Assembly (NCBI RefSeq): GCF_001194135.2
Contig: NC_068983.1
Location: 75,375,402-75,407,938, forward strand
Origin: Octopus bimaculoides
Lineage: Eukaryota
Direction of reading: 5' to 3'
Length of the DNA: 32,537 bases
The notes under the pieces are model-generated. The model had not been told where the DNA came from. It did not search any database and saw nothing but the letters and a program-made list of their open reading frames with translations. A program made the translations under genes and the position numbers. Below are positions 10,343 to 21,840 of this stretch, piece by piece; positions within the stretch are counted from its first letter, which is position 1; the number at the start of each line of letters is the position of its first letter.

Positions 10343-10858
10343 AAGTCCTATCAATATCAAACAATAAATTGTGCTGTGTAGAAGATTACTTCTCTTATAT
10401 GATGGGGTGAAATCCTGATGGTGAATTGATGGTTAAAAGACGACAAAATACAAAATAAATTTACAAAACACTGGTATAAAATGATATGCCAAAAAATAGG
10501 GAAAAGAGTCCCCTTTCTATAAAACCTGCAATTCTATACTTAAGGTAGATATTTGAATTGGTGAGCATTCAGCAAAACAGTTCAGCATTTTTACCACCTA
10601 ATCTGTTTGTGTTTTTATTTCATCTTGCTTGAACAAAGTCAGCTCTTTCTATTCCACTAACACACTTTTTCACCCCAAAAAGGCAAAGCATGACATAAAC
10701 TAAGAATATACTTCCTGTTCTTTCATTGTTTATTTATATATTTGGTTGTTGCTGATTATTATTATTATTATTAAATCATATTTTCTAAAGTCTTTTACTA
10801 ATTTTCAATGAGGTAATTGAATATTACTAAACTTTAAACTTTCCTGGAATTTACAATA

Positions 10859-10917
10859 TGTACACACACAAGCACACACATACATGCATGCACACACGCA
10901 AACAGACACACACACAG

Positions 10918-10958
<41 letters not shown>
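10859..10958. repeat. (CA)n microsatellite
   Basis: Direct reading. Confidence 0.95.
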
Positions 10959-10960
<2 letters not shown>

Positions 10961-11610
10961 TTGAACACAATCTCTTACTAAAAGCATAAATAAAGTAAAG
11001 AAAAGAATCAAACATTTATACACAATTTTTTCAAATGTCATGTTGTTTATTCTTATTTCATATTGGATTTAAGCAATGATAAATGGTCAATTAAAACAGA
11101 AGGCTAAATATTTCTTCATTATTTTGAAATATATGACAGACAAAAACATCTGCGATCTGTTTCTATATTTCAGAAACTGAGTTTATAATGGCCCAGGTAA
11201 AGGTGATGGTGGTAGTTGGAGAACTAGTGATGGTGTTGGTGGTGGTGGTGGTTGTGTTGTTGGTGTTGGTTGTGTTGGTGGTGGTGGTTGTGTTAGTGGT
11301 GATGCTCTGATTCTGAAAGAGATTTAGAGAATAAGTCCAATCTTCCATGAAATATCATATGAAACAAAATGAGATCTCCAAGATACAAGAAGATAACAAA
11401 GAAACCTATAGTATCAATGCTGTTGTAGACAAAAAGATACTGACAGCTATCTTGAAGGGTTTAGTTGATTAAATACTAAATCTGTGTTCTTATTTATGTC
11501 TGGTACTTAATCTAGTGGTATGTTTTTACTGAGCTGCTAACTTATGAGGAACATAAACAAACCAGTACCAACTATCAAGTGGTGAGGGAGAAACAAGAAC
11601 GTAAAGATAT

Positions 11611-11650
<40 letters not shown>

Positions 11651-12108
11651 ACATATATGTATGTTATTAATCTCACCAATCTAGCACTCTCTTTCACACT
11701 AACTGTTACCCTTATACACATGCACATTCATGTACAAAGACAGATGCACACAAACTTGAACAAATATATATATATATATGTAAATATATTAAATTAAAAA
11801 TTCTACGAGTTATATTACAATGGACAATACCAAGTGGACTCTCACCTTTTATCTCTCATGTTTCTCCCTCCTTTAACTTCTTTTTTGTGATATAATTCTT
11901 AAGAAAGAATACATTTGCGGCTGAAGATAGCTTTATACTATCAATTATATACCAATAATGATGCAACAACTATAAAGCTTGAAACACGTGTACCGCAGAA
12001 TCCTTTGTGTTTTGTTTTTATTTTTACATTTCCAATTTATTCCTTCACCCCGGCCACGATCTGGCATACACAGGTGCTTACAATTATCAAGTATTACCTC
12101 TAACATTT

Positions 12109-12113
<5 letters not shown>

Positions 12114-12158
<45 letters not shown>

Positions 12159-12230
12159 CACATTATATACACACACATGCCCTCATATAGACATGCTCAC
12201 CCACACATTTACTCACACACACACACATAC
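12114..12230. repeat. (TA)n/(CA)n microsatellite; another (CA)n at 11611-11648
   Basis: Direct reading. Confidence 0.95.
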
Positions 12231-12407
12231 CATGTTCCTGTCATGAAAAACCACAGTTACCTCTCACACTCCCGGTTAGTCAGTTCTACCATGTGGGTTA
12301 CCCATGAGCATTGTTTTTAGATCTAGTTTTTTTTTCATTCGCAAAATATGCATTTTTTAAAAGGAAGTAAAAAATCTGAAAATCGGCTATAATAATGTAG
12401 TCTTCTG

Positions 12408-14460
12408 AAGGGATGATGGTTCACTTGCATTTAATGAGGCTGCAAAGAGAGAGGCTTGGAGACACCACTATGAAAGGTTGCTAAACGAAGAAAATGAATG
12501 GGAGAAAGAGAGTATGCTGAATGTTGACCCAACAGAGGGACCAGCTATCTGAATTGACAGTACCTTGGTAGATAAAGCGATCAAGAGTATGAAGACAGGG
12601 AAAGCCCCTGGCCCATCAGGAATCACCGCAGAGATGCTCAAAATATCTGGTGGTGTTGGCTATAGTCTAGTCACTCGTATAGTCAACCAGGTGATACACA
12701 AAGGAGTCATACCCAATGACTGGTGTAGCAGCACCATAGTCAACTGTTACAAAGGTAAAGGTGATGCATTAGATAAAATAATTACAGAGGTATCAAGTTG
12801 TTAGATCAGGTAATGAAAGTGACAGAGAGGGTCATAGCCCAAATAATTAGGGAGAGAGTCAGTCTAGATGAGATGCAGTTTGGGTTTGTGCCAGGGAAAA
12901 ACACCACTGATGTTATATTTCTGGTAAGACAGCTGCAGGAGAAATACCTAGTCAAAGACAAACCTCTCTACCTGGCTTTTGTTGACATGGAGAAAGCCTT
13001 TGACAGGTCCCCCGATCCCTTATCTGGTGGTCAATGAGGAAACTAGGGATAGATGAATGGTTAGTGAGAGCTGTACAAGCCATGTACAGGGATGCTGTCA
13101 ATAAGGTGAGAGTTGGCAATGAGTACAGTGAAGAATTCCAGGTAGGAGTAGGGGTTCACCAAGGATCAGTCCTCAGCCCCATCTTATTCATCATAGTCCT
13201 CCAGGCAATAACAGAGGAATTCAAGACAGGATGACATTGCACTAATTGCTGAGTCACTATCAGATCTAGAGGAGAAGTTTCAGGTGTGGAAGCAAGGACT
13301 AGAATCGAAGAGCCTTAGAGTCAACCTAGCAAAAGCCAAAGTCTTAATAAGTAGGAAGGCAGACAAACCACAAATCCCTTCAGGTAGATGGCCCTGCTCG
13401 ATCTGTAGAAAAAGCGTAGGTAGAAACTCCATAAGATGTATCCAGTATAAGCTATGGACACATAAGAGGTGCAGCAACATCAAAGGAAGGCTAACTGGGA
13501 AGATAGTTTTTGTGTGTGGCAAATGCTCAGGAGCAATAAACACTGAAAATGTGCGGGGGAAAATCAAATAGTTGATAACTTCCATTACCTAGGTGACCAA
13601 GTCAGTAGCAGGGGTGGATGCTCTGAAAGTGTAGCTGCTAGAATAAGAGTACCTGGGCAAAGTTCAGAGAGCTCCTACCTCTGCTGGTGACAAAGGGTCT
13701 CTCGCTCAGAGTAAAAGGTAGATTGTTTGACGCATGTGTGCGAACAGCCATGCTACATGGCAGTGAAACATGGACCTTGACTGCTGAGGACATGCGTAAG
13801 CTTGCAAGGAATGAAGCCAGTATGCTCTGATGGATGTGTAATGTCAGTGTGTATATTCAACAGAGTGTAAGTACCTTGAGAGACAAGTTGGACCTAAGAA
13901 GCATCAATTGTGGTGTGCAAGAGAGACGATTGCGCTGGTATGGTCATGTGGCAAGAATGGATGAGGATAGCTGTGTGAAAAAGTGCCATGGCCTAGCGGT
14001 TGAGGGAACCTGTGGCAGAGGTAGACCCAGGAAGACCTGGGTTGAGGTGGTGAAGCACGACCTTCGAACATTGGGCCTCACCGAGGCAATGACTAGTGAC
14101 TGAGACCTTTAAAGATATGTTGTACTTGAGAAGACCTTGGAAGCCAAGTGAGACCATAACCCGTGGCCTATGCCAGTGCTGTATAACTAGCCCATTTAAG
14201 AGTACCCTTCAATCATTGGACAATAAACTACGCTTGCGAAGACCTGTTGAGGCAAGTAAAATCGACTGGCCCTCGTGCTTGTGGCATGTAAAAGCACCCG
14301 CTACACTCTCGGAGTGGTTGGCATTAGGAAAGGGCATCCAGCTGTAGAAACTTTGCCAGATCAGATTGGAGCCTGGTGCAGCCTTCTGGTTCGCCAGCCC
14401 TCAGTCAAACTGTCCAACCCATGCCAGCATGGAAAGCGGACGTTAAATGATGACGATGAT
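12408..14460 (+). mobile_element. 5'-truncated RTE-clade LINE (ORF2 pseudogene: RT, PHD-like finger, C-terminus, 3'UTR, (GAT)n tail)
   Basis: Frameshifted ORF pieces KAPGPSGITAEMLK, MQFGFVPGK, LAFVDMEKAFD, QGSVLSPILF, RLRWYGHVARM, RGRPRKTW. The YADD segment is partly deleted near 13230. Ends in gatgacgatgat. Confidence 0.95.
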
Positions 14461-14656
14461 GTATGATATTGTGGAGATAAAAATTGGGGGAAAGAGTTAC
14501 AGAGGTTTAAAGATCATCTTATTGTTTCTTTTGTCTCATTATTAATTGTATGTTTTTATTATTTTTTAAAATTTGTTATATTCATATATTTGCGTGTTTA
14601 CTTTATGCATATTTCAGTATTATGTATACATGTATGTATTTGTGTACATCATTAAT

Positions 14657-14821
14657 GTGGTTGGCGTTAGGAAGGGCATCCAGCTGTAGAAACTCTGCCA
14701 AATCAGACTGGAGCCTGGTGTTGCCATCCGGTTTTCACCAGTCCTCAGTCAAATCGTCCAACCCATGCTAGCATGGAAAGCGGACGTTAAACGATGATGA
14801 TGATGATGATGATGATGATGT
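14657..14821 (+). mobile_element. Short RTE 3'-end copy
   Basis: Nearly identical to 9661-9814; (GAT)n tail. Confidence 0.9.
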
Positions 14822-15261
14822 ATTCATATATAAGTTTATATCTACATTTATGTATTCATGTGTGTGTGTGTGTGTGTTTGTGAAGGGGGCATCTGTCTCC
14901 AAAACTCCGAAGTTGAGTAACGTTTTCATGCTTGGATTGGTAAACTAAAATAAGAATAACACTGATCAACAAAGAATTTGTCCTAAGGAAAAGAATACCT
15001 GTATCCTTTACGTTTTTGTATGCAGAATTAAAAAATAATGTCAAATTATCTGTATCACCCACAGTTTCTCTGTTCCATGAAAACCCTCTGACTTCCAATT
15101 ACATGGGCTAAATTTCAGTTAGGCTGTTGAAATGTGAAGCTAACCGTTTAAGAAATTCTCCTGATTTAAATTTTTATGAACAGAGTTAACCTAGTGAAAT
15201 CATAAATCCAGCTATCTGAGTCAATGAGTCCCCAAAATATATGAAATGAAAAATATGTAAA

Positions 15262-15372
15262 AATACTAATACACAGAAAAAAAGCACAGAAAAATACTAA
15301 CAAAGAAAAAAGCACAGATAGATACTAACACACAGAAGCACAGAAAAATATGTAATATACTAACACACAGAG
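15262..15372. repeat. Degenerate minisatellite, four units of about 28-35 bp
   Basis: Units begin atactaa(c/t)a and contain cacag...gcacag. Confidence 0.6.
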
Positions 15373-15929
15373 ACAAATTAAAATAAAACACGCAGGTGAA
15401 AAGAATCTCTTGGTGTGAAGAATTAAGTGTGAAAAATCAACATAGACAACAGTAAACCACAAAACAGCGTGCAGTTGTCATGATAACAAGCTGCTAATGC
15501 TACACTGTGAGTTGATTGGTTAAATGTACCCAAATTTGCCAACTTTAATTCCAAATATCATCAGATTCTTAAATTTATGAGATAAAGTAATTGATCGTAA
15601 TCAAAATTCAGAGTTGCATCGATACACCAAAACTGAAAGCAGTCTGAGCAAAATTAAAGGGGGTTTATTCTGCGAATGAAAAAAAACTAGAACTTTTTTT
15701 TTTTTTTTTCTGGATCTCTTTTTCCTCCATTCTTTCTCCTTTTCCCTGAACTTTTCTCTGTGTATCCAATGAAAGACTAAGTTGAAAGGTTATACTTTTA
15801 CTCAATAACTTTCATTTTATATTTCCTTCCTTGAGTATCAATCTCATAATATTAACTGAGAATGTTCTTTCGATGTTTTGTTTTGTTTTGTTTTTGATAT
15901 TTGATTTTTCTTTTTGTTATTGATTTGCT

Positions 15930-15974
15930 CTCACTCTCTCTTACTCTCTCCCCTCTCTCTCTGCCCTCTCCCTT

Positions 15975-16030
<56 letters not shown>
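15930..16030. repeat. (CT)n-(CA)n compound microsatellite; similar tracts at 17393-17520 and 22205-22345
   Basis: Direct reading. Confidence 0.9.
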
Positions 16031-16074
16031 TAATGAGCTTCTGCACAGTTTAGCCCATTAAATTCATTCAATCA

Positions 16075-16200
16075 TTAGTCAGCTCAGGGCTATGGTACAA
16101 AACAGTTGTTTTAGGTATTCTGCAGTGAAAACTGAACCCGAAACTTTATCATTGCAAAGCAAACTTTTTAACCATGCAGCCATGCCAGCACATGTATCAG
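16075..16200 (-). mobile_element. Degenerate family-A SINE
   Basis: cagggctatggtacaaaacagttg...actgaacccgaaac...taaccatgcagccatgcc. Confidence 0.55.
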
Positions 16201-16254
16201 TATCACTTAACTGTCTGGATGTTTTGCGTTCTTGTCCCATTTTTACATATATAC

Positions 16255-16924
16255 ATGTTGATGTTGGCACTCCGTCACTTACGATGTCAAGGGTTTCAGT
16301 TGATCCAATCAACGGAACAGCCTGCTCGTCAAATTAACGTGCAAGTGGCTGAGCACTCCACAGACACATGTACCCTTAACGTAGTTCTTGGGGATATTCA
16401 GCGTGACACAGTGTGACAAGGCTGACCCTTTGAATTACAGGCACAACAGAAACAGGAAGAAAAAGTGAGAGAAAGTTGTGGTGGAAGAGTGCAGCAGGGT
16501 TCACCACCATCCCCTGCCGGAGCCTCGTGGAGCTTTTGGTGTTTTCGCTCAATAAACACTCACAACACCCAGTCTGGGAATCGAAACCGCGATCCTATGA
16601 CCGCGANNNNNNNNNNTTAACGTGCAAGTGGCTGAGCACTCCACAGACACATGTACCCTTAACGTAGTTCTTGGGGATATTCAGCGTGACACAGTGTGAC
16701 AAGGCTGACCCTTTGAATTACAGGCACAACAGAAACAGGAAGAAAAAGTGAGAGAAAGTTGTGGTGGAAGAGTGCAGCAGGGTTCACCACCATCCCCTGC
16801 CGGAGCCTCGTGGAGCTTTTGGTGTTTTCGCTCAATAAACACTCACAACACCCAGTCTGGGAATCGAAACCGCGATCCTATGACCGCGAGTCCGCTGCCC
16901 TAACCACTGGGCCATTGTGCCTCC
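16255..16924 (-). mobile_element. Family-C long tRNA-derived SINE (about 390 bp); apparent length inflated by a 273-bp assembly duplication
   Basis: Minus-strand head ggaggcacaatggcccagtggttaggg (A box) ... ggtttcgattccc (B box), ending gacggagtgccaacatcaac. 16334-16606 is identical to 16617-16889. Confidence 0.85.
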
Positions 16925-18014
16925 GCACATACATACATACTAGGCTACCTGTGACCTGTTGGGTCACCTGGAAAGTCTTTGCTTTCCTGCAACAGAGTTT
17001 TGTTTCATGGGCTTTTTCTTCTTTTCCAGGTTATTTTGCATACTTTCAACAAATGTGACATCAAAATCACGTGTAAACGGCTCCTTTCCTCAGTAAAGGA
17101 AAGATTTGGCTATTTCTTACATACCTTGCTATTACGTAACAGGTATTTCAGATCCTTTATTGCAAATAGCTGTTGCAGGGCGTGCTAGAAATAGCAGTCA
17201 AATCTTTAGAGCCTAGATACGCTGAATGCATTTAAAAAAGTTTTTGTAATGGTGTTCCCTTGGGGCGATCTTTTGCTTTGACTCTCAAAACTGTCTTCTG
17301 GATCAGCTGGTTTTGTTCATTAATTTCCGTAAAATATTTTTTTTATTTACTTTTGTTTTAAAGTGAAAGATGTATGAATAAGAAATGAACATGTGTGTGT
17401 GTGTGTGTATGTATGTGTGTGTGAATGTGTGTGTGTGAGAGAGATAGTGCCACTTACACATATATGAGAACACACATATTCACTTACTCTCTTTCTCTCT
17501 CTCTCTCTCTCACACACACATGCACTTGAACATACAAAAAAAATGTACGCATATGTATTGATGTACGTACATATACATGACAACACACCCCTTCACTGAC
17601 TCTCTCTTTCTCTCTGTCTCGCTTCCTCTCTCTGTCTTTCTCTCTTCTGCACATCAAAAAGTCGATGTTTTTTTCTCAGAGAGTATGAAGACTATGTGCG
17701 TGTATATGTCACAGATAGCGGACGTGTGTTTGTGCTGATTACGATGCTATGACATTTATTATATGTGTGTGTGTTCTGTATTTGTGTATGTGTGTTGACA
17801 TCACAGAAGCCATGTTTTTTCGTCAAGAAAAACAAAGATTGTGTTTAATCGTTTTCAGTAATAAATAGTGGTCTAAATATTGCAAACATTTGTATTGCAC
17901 TGCCGAAAATAAGTATGAAAATAAATATGCAAAGAAAATTAAGATAAAATATACTATTTCTGAGATATTTTGGGTACACAAACATCTCTAGAGTTTTAGT
18001 ATTATTAAGATATA

Positions 18015-18159
18015 TCATCATCATTATCATCATCGTTTAACTTTCGTTTTCCATGCTAGCATGGGTTGGACGGTTCAACCAGGGTCTGGGAAACTAGGAG
18101 GCTGCACCAGGCTCCAGTTTGATCTGGCAGTGGATGCCCTTCCTAACGCCAACCACTCC
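18015..18159 (-). mobile_element. Short RTE 3'-end copy
   Basis: ggatgcccttcctaacgccaaccactcc and ttccatgctagcatgggttggacg; (CAT)n at the left end. Confidence 0.88.
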
Positions 18160-18864
18160 GTATTCCGAACAAATACCACAAGGCATTCTATCCAATACTC
18201 TAGTGACTTGGCCATTTCATTTTCTTAATATAATAAACACCAGATTTACATTTCTTCATATTGAAAGTAAAATATTGTTGTTAACTTGAAGCATTGCCAT
18301 TAAAATTTGGACAGAGATAAAGAATGAAAACCACAACAATACTGAAAATAGGAAAAAAAAAATTTATTCATTATTTTGGCTTCAATGGACTTAAATCATG
18401 AAATTCAAAAATAATTTTAATGCACATTTCAGTACATGTCATTATGATTTTATATCAAACATTGCAGGAAACAATATTTAATTAGCATAGCTTTCATAAA
18501 GCTGAATATTGAATTAGTGTTTGTTTGTTTGTTTCTTCAGCTTTTTTCAGGCCTTTAATCCTACAATTTTCTCTTTATATAACTGCTATTGTACTGCAAC
18601 AGTTTTTGTTGTTGTTCAGTTCCAGTAGACTTATCACTAAAAGCACGAACATCCTTGGAGTATATTACACGTCGTTTTTTTAGAGATGCTCAGGTATGGT
18701 TTTGATGGGGGTTTGCTTGCTAATTCTAATAGTCAGAATGACTACATAGAAGATCCCTTCTTAGTTCACTGTACTTTGGCAGTATCAATCATATATGTTA
18801 CATTTTTCTGTCCTACTGAGAGACATAAGATATCATCAAAGTTAGCCTGAACACCCTGTACATA

Positions 18865-19968
18865 CAAGGGGGTACTCAAAAGCAACCAGAAACATTCTCT
18901 GCGAACAGGCAGAAATGTTAGCACGCCGGGCGAAATGCTTAGCAGTATTTCGTCTGCTGTTACATTCTGAGTTCAAATTCCGCCGAGGTCGACTTTGCCT
19001 TTCATCCTTTCGGGGTCGATAAATTAGGTACCAGTTACACACTGGGGTCGATGTAATCGACTTAACCCCTTTGTCTGTCCTTATTTGTCCCCTTTATGTT
19101 TAGCCCCCTGTGGGCAATAAAGAAATAAGAAACATTCTCTGTGGAACAAACTCAGGTTATTTCAGGATTCCACCACTAGAAGCCACTTGATGTAACCCCC
19201 AAGCATCAGTCTGCTGACTGGTGTTGTCCAGTGGGGCCGTACTGCCACATAGTGTCTTTGTTTTGCAATGCTTCTCCCCTGTTTGTTATTTTTTACAGTG
19301 GCTTAAATGAAGGGACAGTGTGCTTCTATGAAATTCTGTTTTCTGGTGGAGAAAACAGTGGCTGAAACAGTTGTCATGCTTCAAACAGTTTACAAGGATG
19401 CTGCCATGAGCAAAACACAAGTTTATGAGTGGTTTGTACACTTTAGGAATGGTCATTTGTTGCTTGAGAGCCAACCTTGTTCAGGGCGACTGTCATTCTC
19501 CCCCAAAAATGAAAACATCATGAAAATTCATAAACTGATCTTTGAGGACCATCACCAAACAATTGACAAACGTGTTGATATGACTGGTGTGTCCTGGAGG
19601 TCTTGCCAAAGAATCTTGAGCAAGGAATTGCGAATGAAAAGAGTTGTTGCAAAATGTGTGCGTGTCATGAACTGAAAGAACAGTTGGAAGTTGATCCAGG
19701 CCTTTTTCCAAATGTCATCACTGGTGATGACAGCTGGTACTATGGAATTTGCAGTTGTGGAGGAGGTGAAGAAAAAAAAAATGATGGAGATCTTAAAAGG
19801 TATCCCTTTAAAAGATTTCCAGCACTGTTTTGAACAATGGAAAACATGTCTGAACCAATGCATTGTTTCAAATGAAGAATACTTTTAAGGTGATAAAAGT
19901 ATAAACATGTAAAACTAAGCAAATGAAATAATATTGCAAAATTCCGATTTTTTGGGGGTACCTCCTTG
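18865..19968 (+). mobile_element. Internally deleted mariner element with degenerate TIRs and TA target duplication
   Basis: TA|caagggggtactcaaaa ... gggggtacctccttg|TA. Transposase pieces MSKTQVYEWF, SGR, VITGDDSWYY, FQHCFEQWKTC...NEEYF. The second and third catalytic residues are deleted. Confidence 0.9.
18902..19127 (+). mobile_element. Family-B tRNA-derived SINE nested in the mariner, with a 14-bp TSD
   Basis: B-box gagttcaaattcc, body gtcgactttgcctttcatcctttcggggtcgataaa, A-rich end. TSD agaaacattctctg at 18888-18901 and 19128-19141. Confidence 0.92.
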
Positions 19969-20113
19969 TATGGTTTTTATGCTACTAAGAGATATAAAAT
20001 ATTGTTAAAGTTAGCCTGAACACCCTGTACATACATACATACACGCATGCACGCATACACATGCATGCATGCGTGCATGTATGTATGTATGTATGTATGT
20101 ATGTATGTATGTA

Positions 20114-20409
20114 CAGGGTGTTCAGGTCACCTAACTCCTCAGATTGCAGCCCCCTTGATTATTATGTGTGGAGAGTAGTTGAGCAAAAGACCAACAAAAC
20201 TCCTTGTAACATCAAATATGAACTGAAGGCAGGATTATGGCAGCATTCACAAAATTAAACAAGGAGACCATCCAGAAGAATTGCAGGAGAATCTGAAGTC
20301 GTCTAGAGGCCATGGTTGAAGCCAATGGCAATTTTATTGAATAAATTTATTCTTTAGTATTCAAGATATTTTTGCATAATTTAGATGACAATACATTCAC
20401 TGCACCCTG
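20114..20409 (+). mobile_element. Non-autonomous Tc1/mariner-superfamily element, maT (DD37D)-like
   Basis: TA|cagggtg ... caccctg|TA, with internal SPDCSPLDYYVW...RLEAMVEANGNFIE*. The subfamily call rests only on the SPD-x-PLDY-x-W motif. Confidence 0.75.
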
Positions 20410-20607
20410 TATATGCATGTGTGTGTGTGTGTGTGTATGTGTGTGTGTGTGTGTGCGCGCGCGTGCGTGTGTGTATGGATGGATGGATGGCTATAGATAT
20501 ATATACACATACATACACACCATAAGAAATCTGTCTCAATAAATTTCATCTGACCCATGCAAGCATGGAAAAATAGGCATCAAAATGATGATGATGATGA
20601 TGATGAT

Positions 20608-20740
20608 CTACCAAATTTCACTCACAAAATATTCATCAACCTGAAGCTACAGAAGACTTGCTCGAGGTGCTATGATATAGGATCAAACTTGGAACCTTAT
20701 GATCATGAAGCAAGCTTCTTAACCATATAGCCATACCTAA
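20608..20740 (-). mobile_element. Degenerate family-A SINE
   Basis: ctaccaaatttcactcacaa...gaagacttgctcgaggtgc...gcaagcttcttaaccatatagcc. Confidence 0.7.
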
Positions 20741-21149
20741 ACTTAAACAATGACAATGCAAATACTTGGCTCATGACAAGTGTATTGAGACTTCTCATAC
20801 AATGGGAGGGGGAAAATGAGCAGATCAAATTATTATGTATAGGATATATTAATCTAAATGGATTATGTCATTTACAGTAACAGTCTAGATAAAGCATAAA
20901 TTAAGACACAAAAGAAGTTTCTTGAATGATGTAAACAATTTACTTAAGGAAGATAAAGAAACTGCAAGGCTATTGATTCTTTTCTTTTAAATAACCATTT
21001 TTCATGAAAATTTATGGAAATTTATGAAAATATGAATATTTGCCTTACTGTTGGAACAATCAGTGGTTGTTGCTTAGGTCCAGGTTAGCTCTGATCGATA
21101 AACCTTTGATCAATTGTGTTCCAGCTGTGAGAATCATTTCTTTTCCTTA

Positions 21150-21285
21150 TTTTCTGATATAATGTATCTAGGAGTATTTTATTCTATGTGTCATTTCTTT
21201 TTTATGATAGCTGGATATAATCTAATATATATTTGGTTGCTATTTCTAGCTAGTTGAACTACCATATAGCGGTTTCCCCATTGGT
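21150..21285. repeat. Family-D dispersed repeat with core ttggytgctatttctagc; other copies near 3050, 17185, 18720, 27930, 30625, 31905
   Basis: The core and its flanks (ggagtat.tta; accacatag) recur in both orientations. Class unknown. Confidence 0.6.
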
Positions 21286-21420
21286 TCATTGAGTAACTGG
21301 TTTTATTGATGGATGTCTATCCTAACGCTTACCACTCTGTGTCATGACACTGAATCAAACAGAACAACTTAGCTTAACACAAAGACAAAAGTCTGTACCC
21401 CTAAAAATGCTGTTAGTAAA

Positions 21421-21840
21421 TATCCTTTCCACTATAAGCACAAAGCCTGAAATTTTGTGGGCAGGGTTTAGTCAATTTCATCAACTCTATTGCTCAACTA
21501 TAACTTATATCATCAATCTTGAAGGGATGAAAGGTGAAGCTGACCTTGGCAGAATTTGAATAAAGACAGATGAAATGTTAATCATTTTGTCTGGTGTGCC
21601 AGCAACTCTGTCCGCTTACTGCTTTCAAGCTGTTTGTAATGATCCTTTCTACTATTTGACACAAGGCCTGAAATTTTGGGGGAGAGGGCCAGTCAATTAA
21701 ATCAACCCCCAGTGTTCAACTGGTACTTATTTCATCAACCCCCAAAAGGATGAAAAGGCAAAGTCGACCTCAGTGGAATTTGAACTCAAAACATCAAGAC
21801 AAATGAAATGCTAAGCATTTTGCCTGATATGCAAACGATT
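21421..21840 (-). mobile_element. Two adjacent family-B SINEs in the same orientation (about 21421-21622 and 21641-21840)
   Basis: Each has the tail (cacaa(a/g)gcctgaaattttg), the body (gaaaggatgaaa..gcaaagtcgacct) and the gaatttgaa B-box. Confidence 0.85.

Noticed and set aside
11174-11196. Plus-strand 23-nt microexon candidate (x)TEFIMAQ
   Set aside because: Too short to support without transcripts, and there is no other solid plus-strand exon.
14314-14365. HDV-like ribozyme interpretation of the RTE 3' motif
   Set aside because: The P1 3' strand does not follow the P3 hairpin as the HDV double pseudoknot requires; kept only as a generic structured-motif lead.
16334-16889. Perfect 273-bp direct repeat separated by 10 N
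   Set aside because: Identical copies abutting a 10-N gap inside one SINE indicate unmerged overlapping contigs, not a tandem array or CRISPR.
16850-16924. tRNA-like sequences (also near 100-175, 9160-9232, 28400-28464)
   Set aside because: They have A/B boxes but no complete cloverleaf and run into SINE bodies.
17030-17142. Plus-strand exon-like segment VILHTFNKCDIKIT... after a strong pyrimidine tract
   Set aside because: The 3' half overlaps repeat-like sequence and its phase-2 donor has no compatible partner exon.
18300-18341. Strong minus-strand acceptor at 18342
   Set aside because: All three frames hit a stop within 30 codons and there is no convincing donor.
18620-18693. Plus-strand exon-like segment (x)PVDLSLKARTSLEYITRRFFRDAQ with AG/GT ends
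   Set aside because: It overlaps a decayed family-D repeat, is antisense to the host gene, and a 74-nt open frame is expected by chance.
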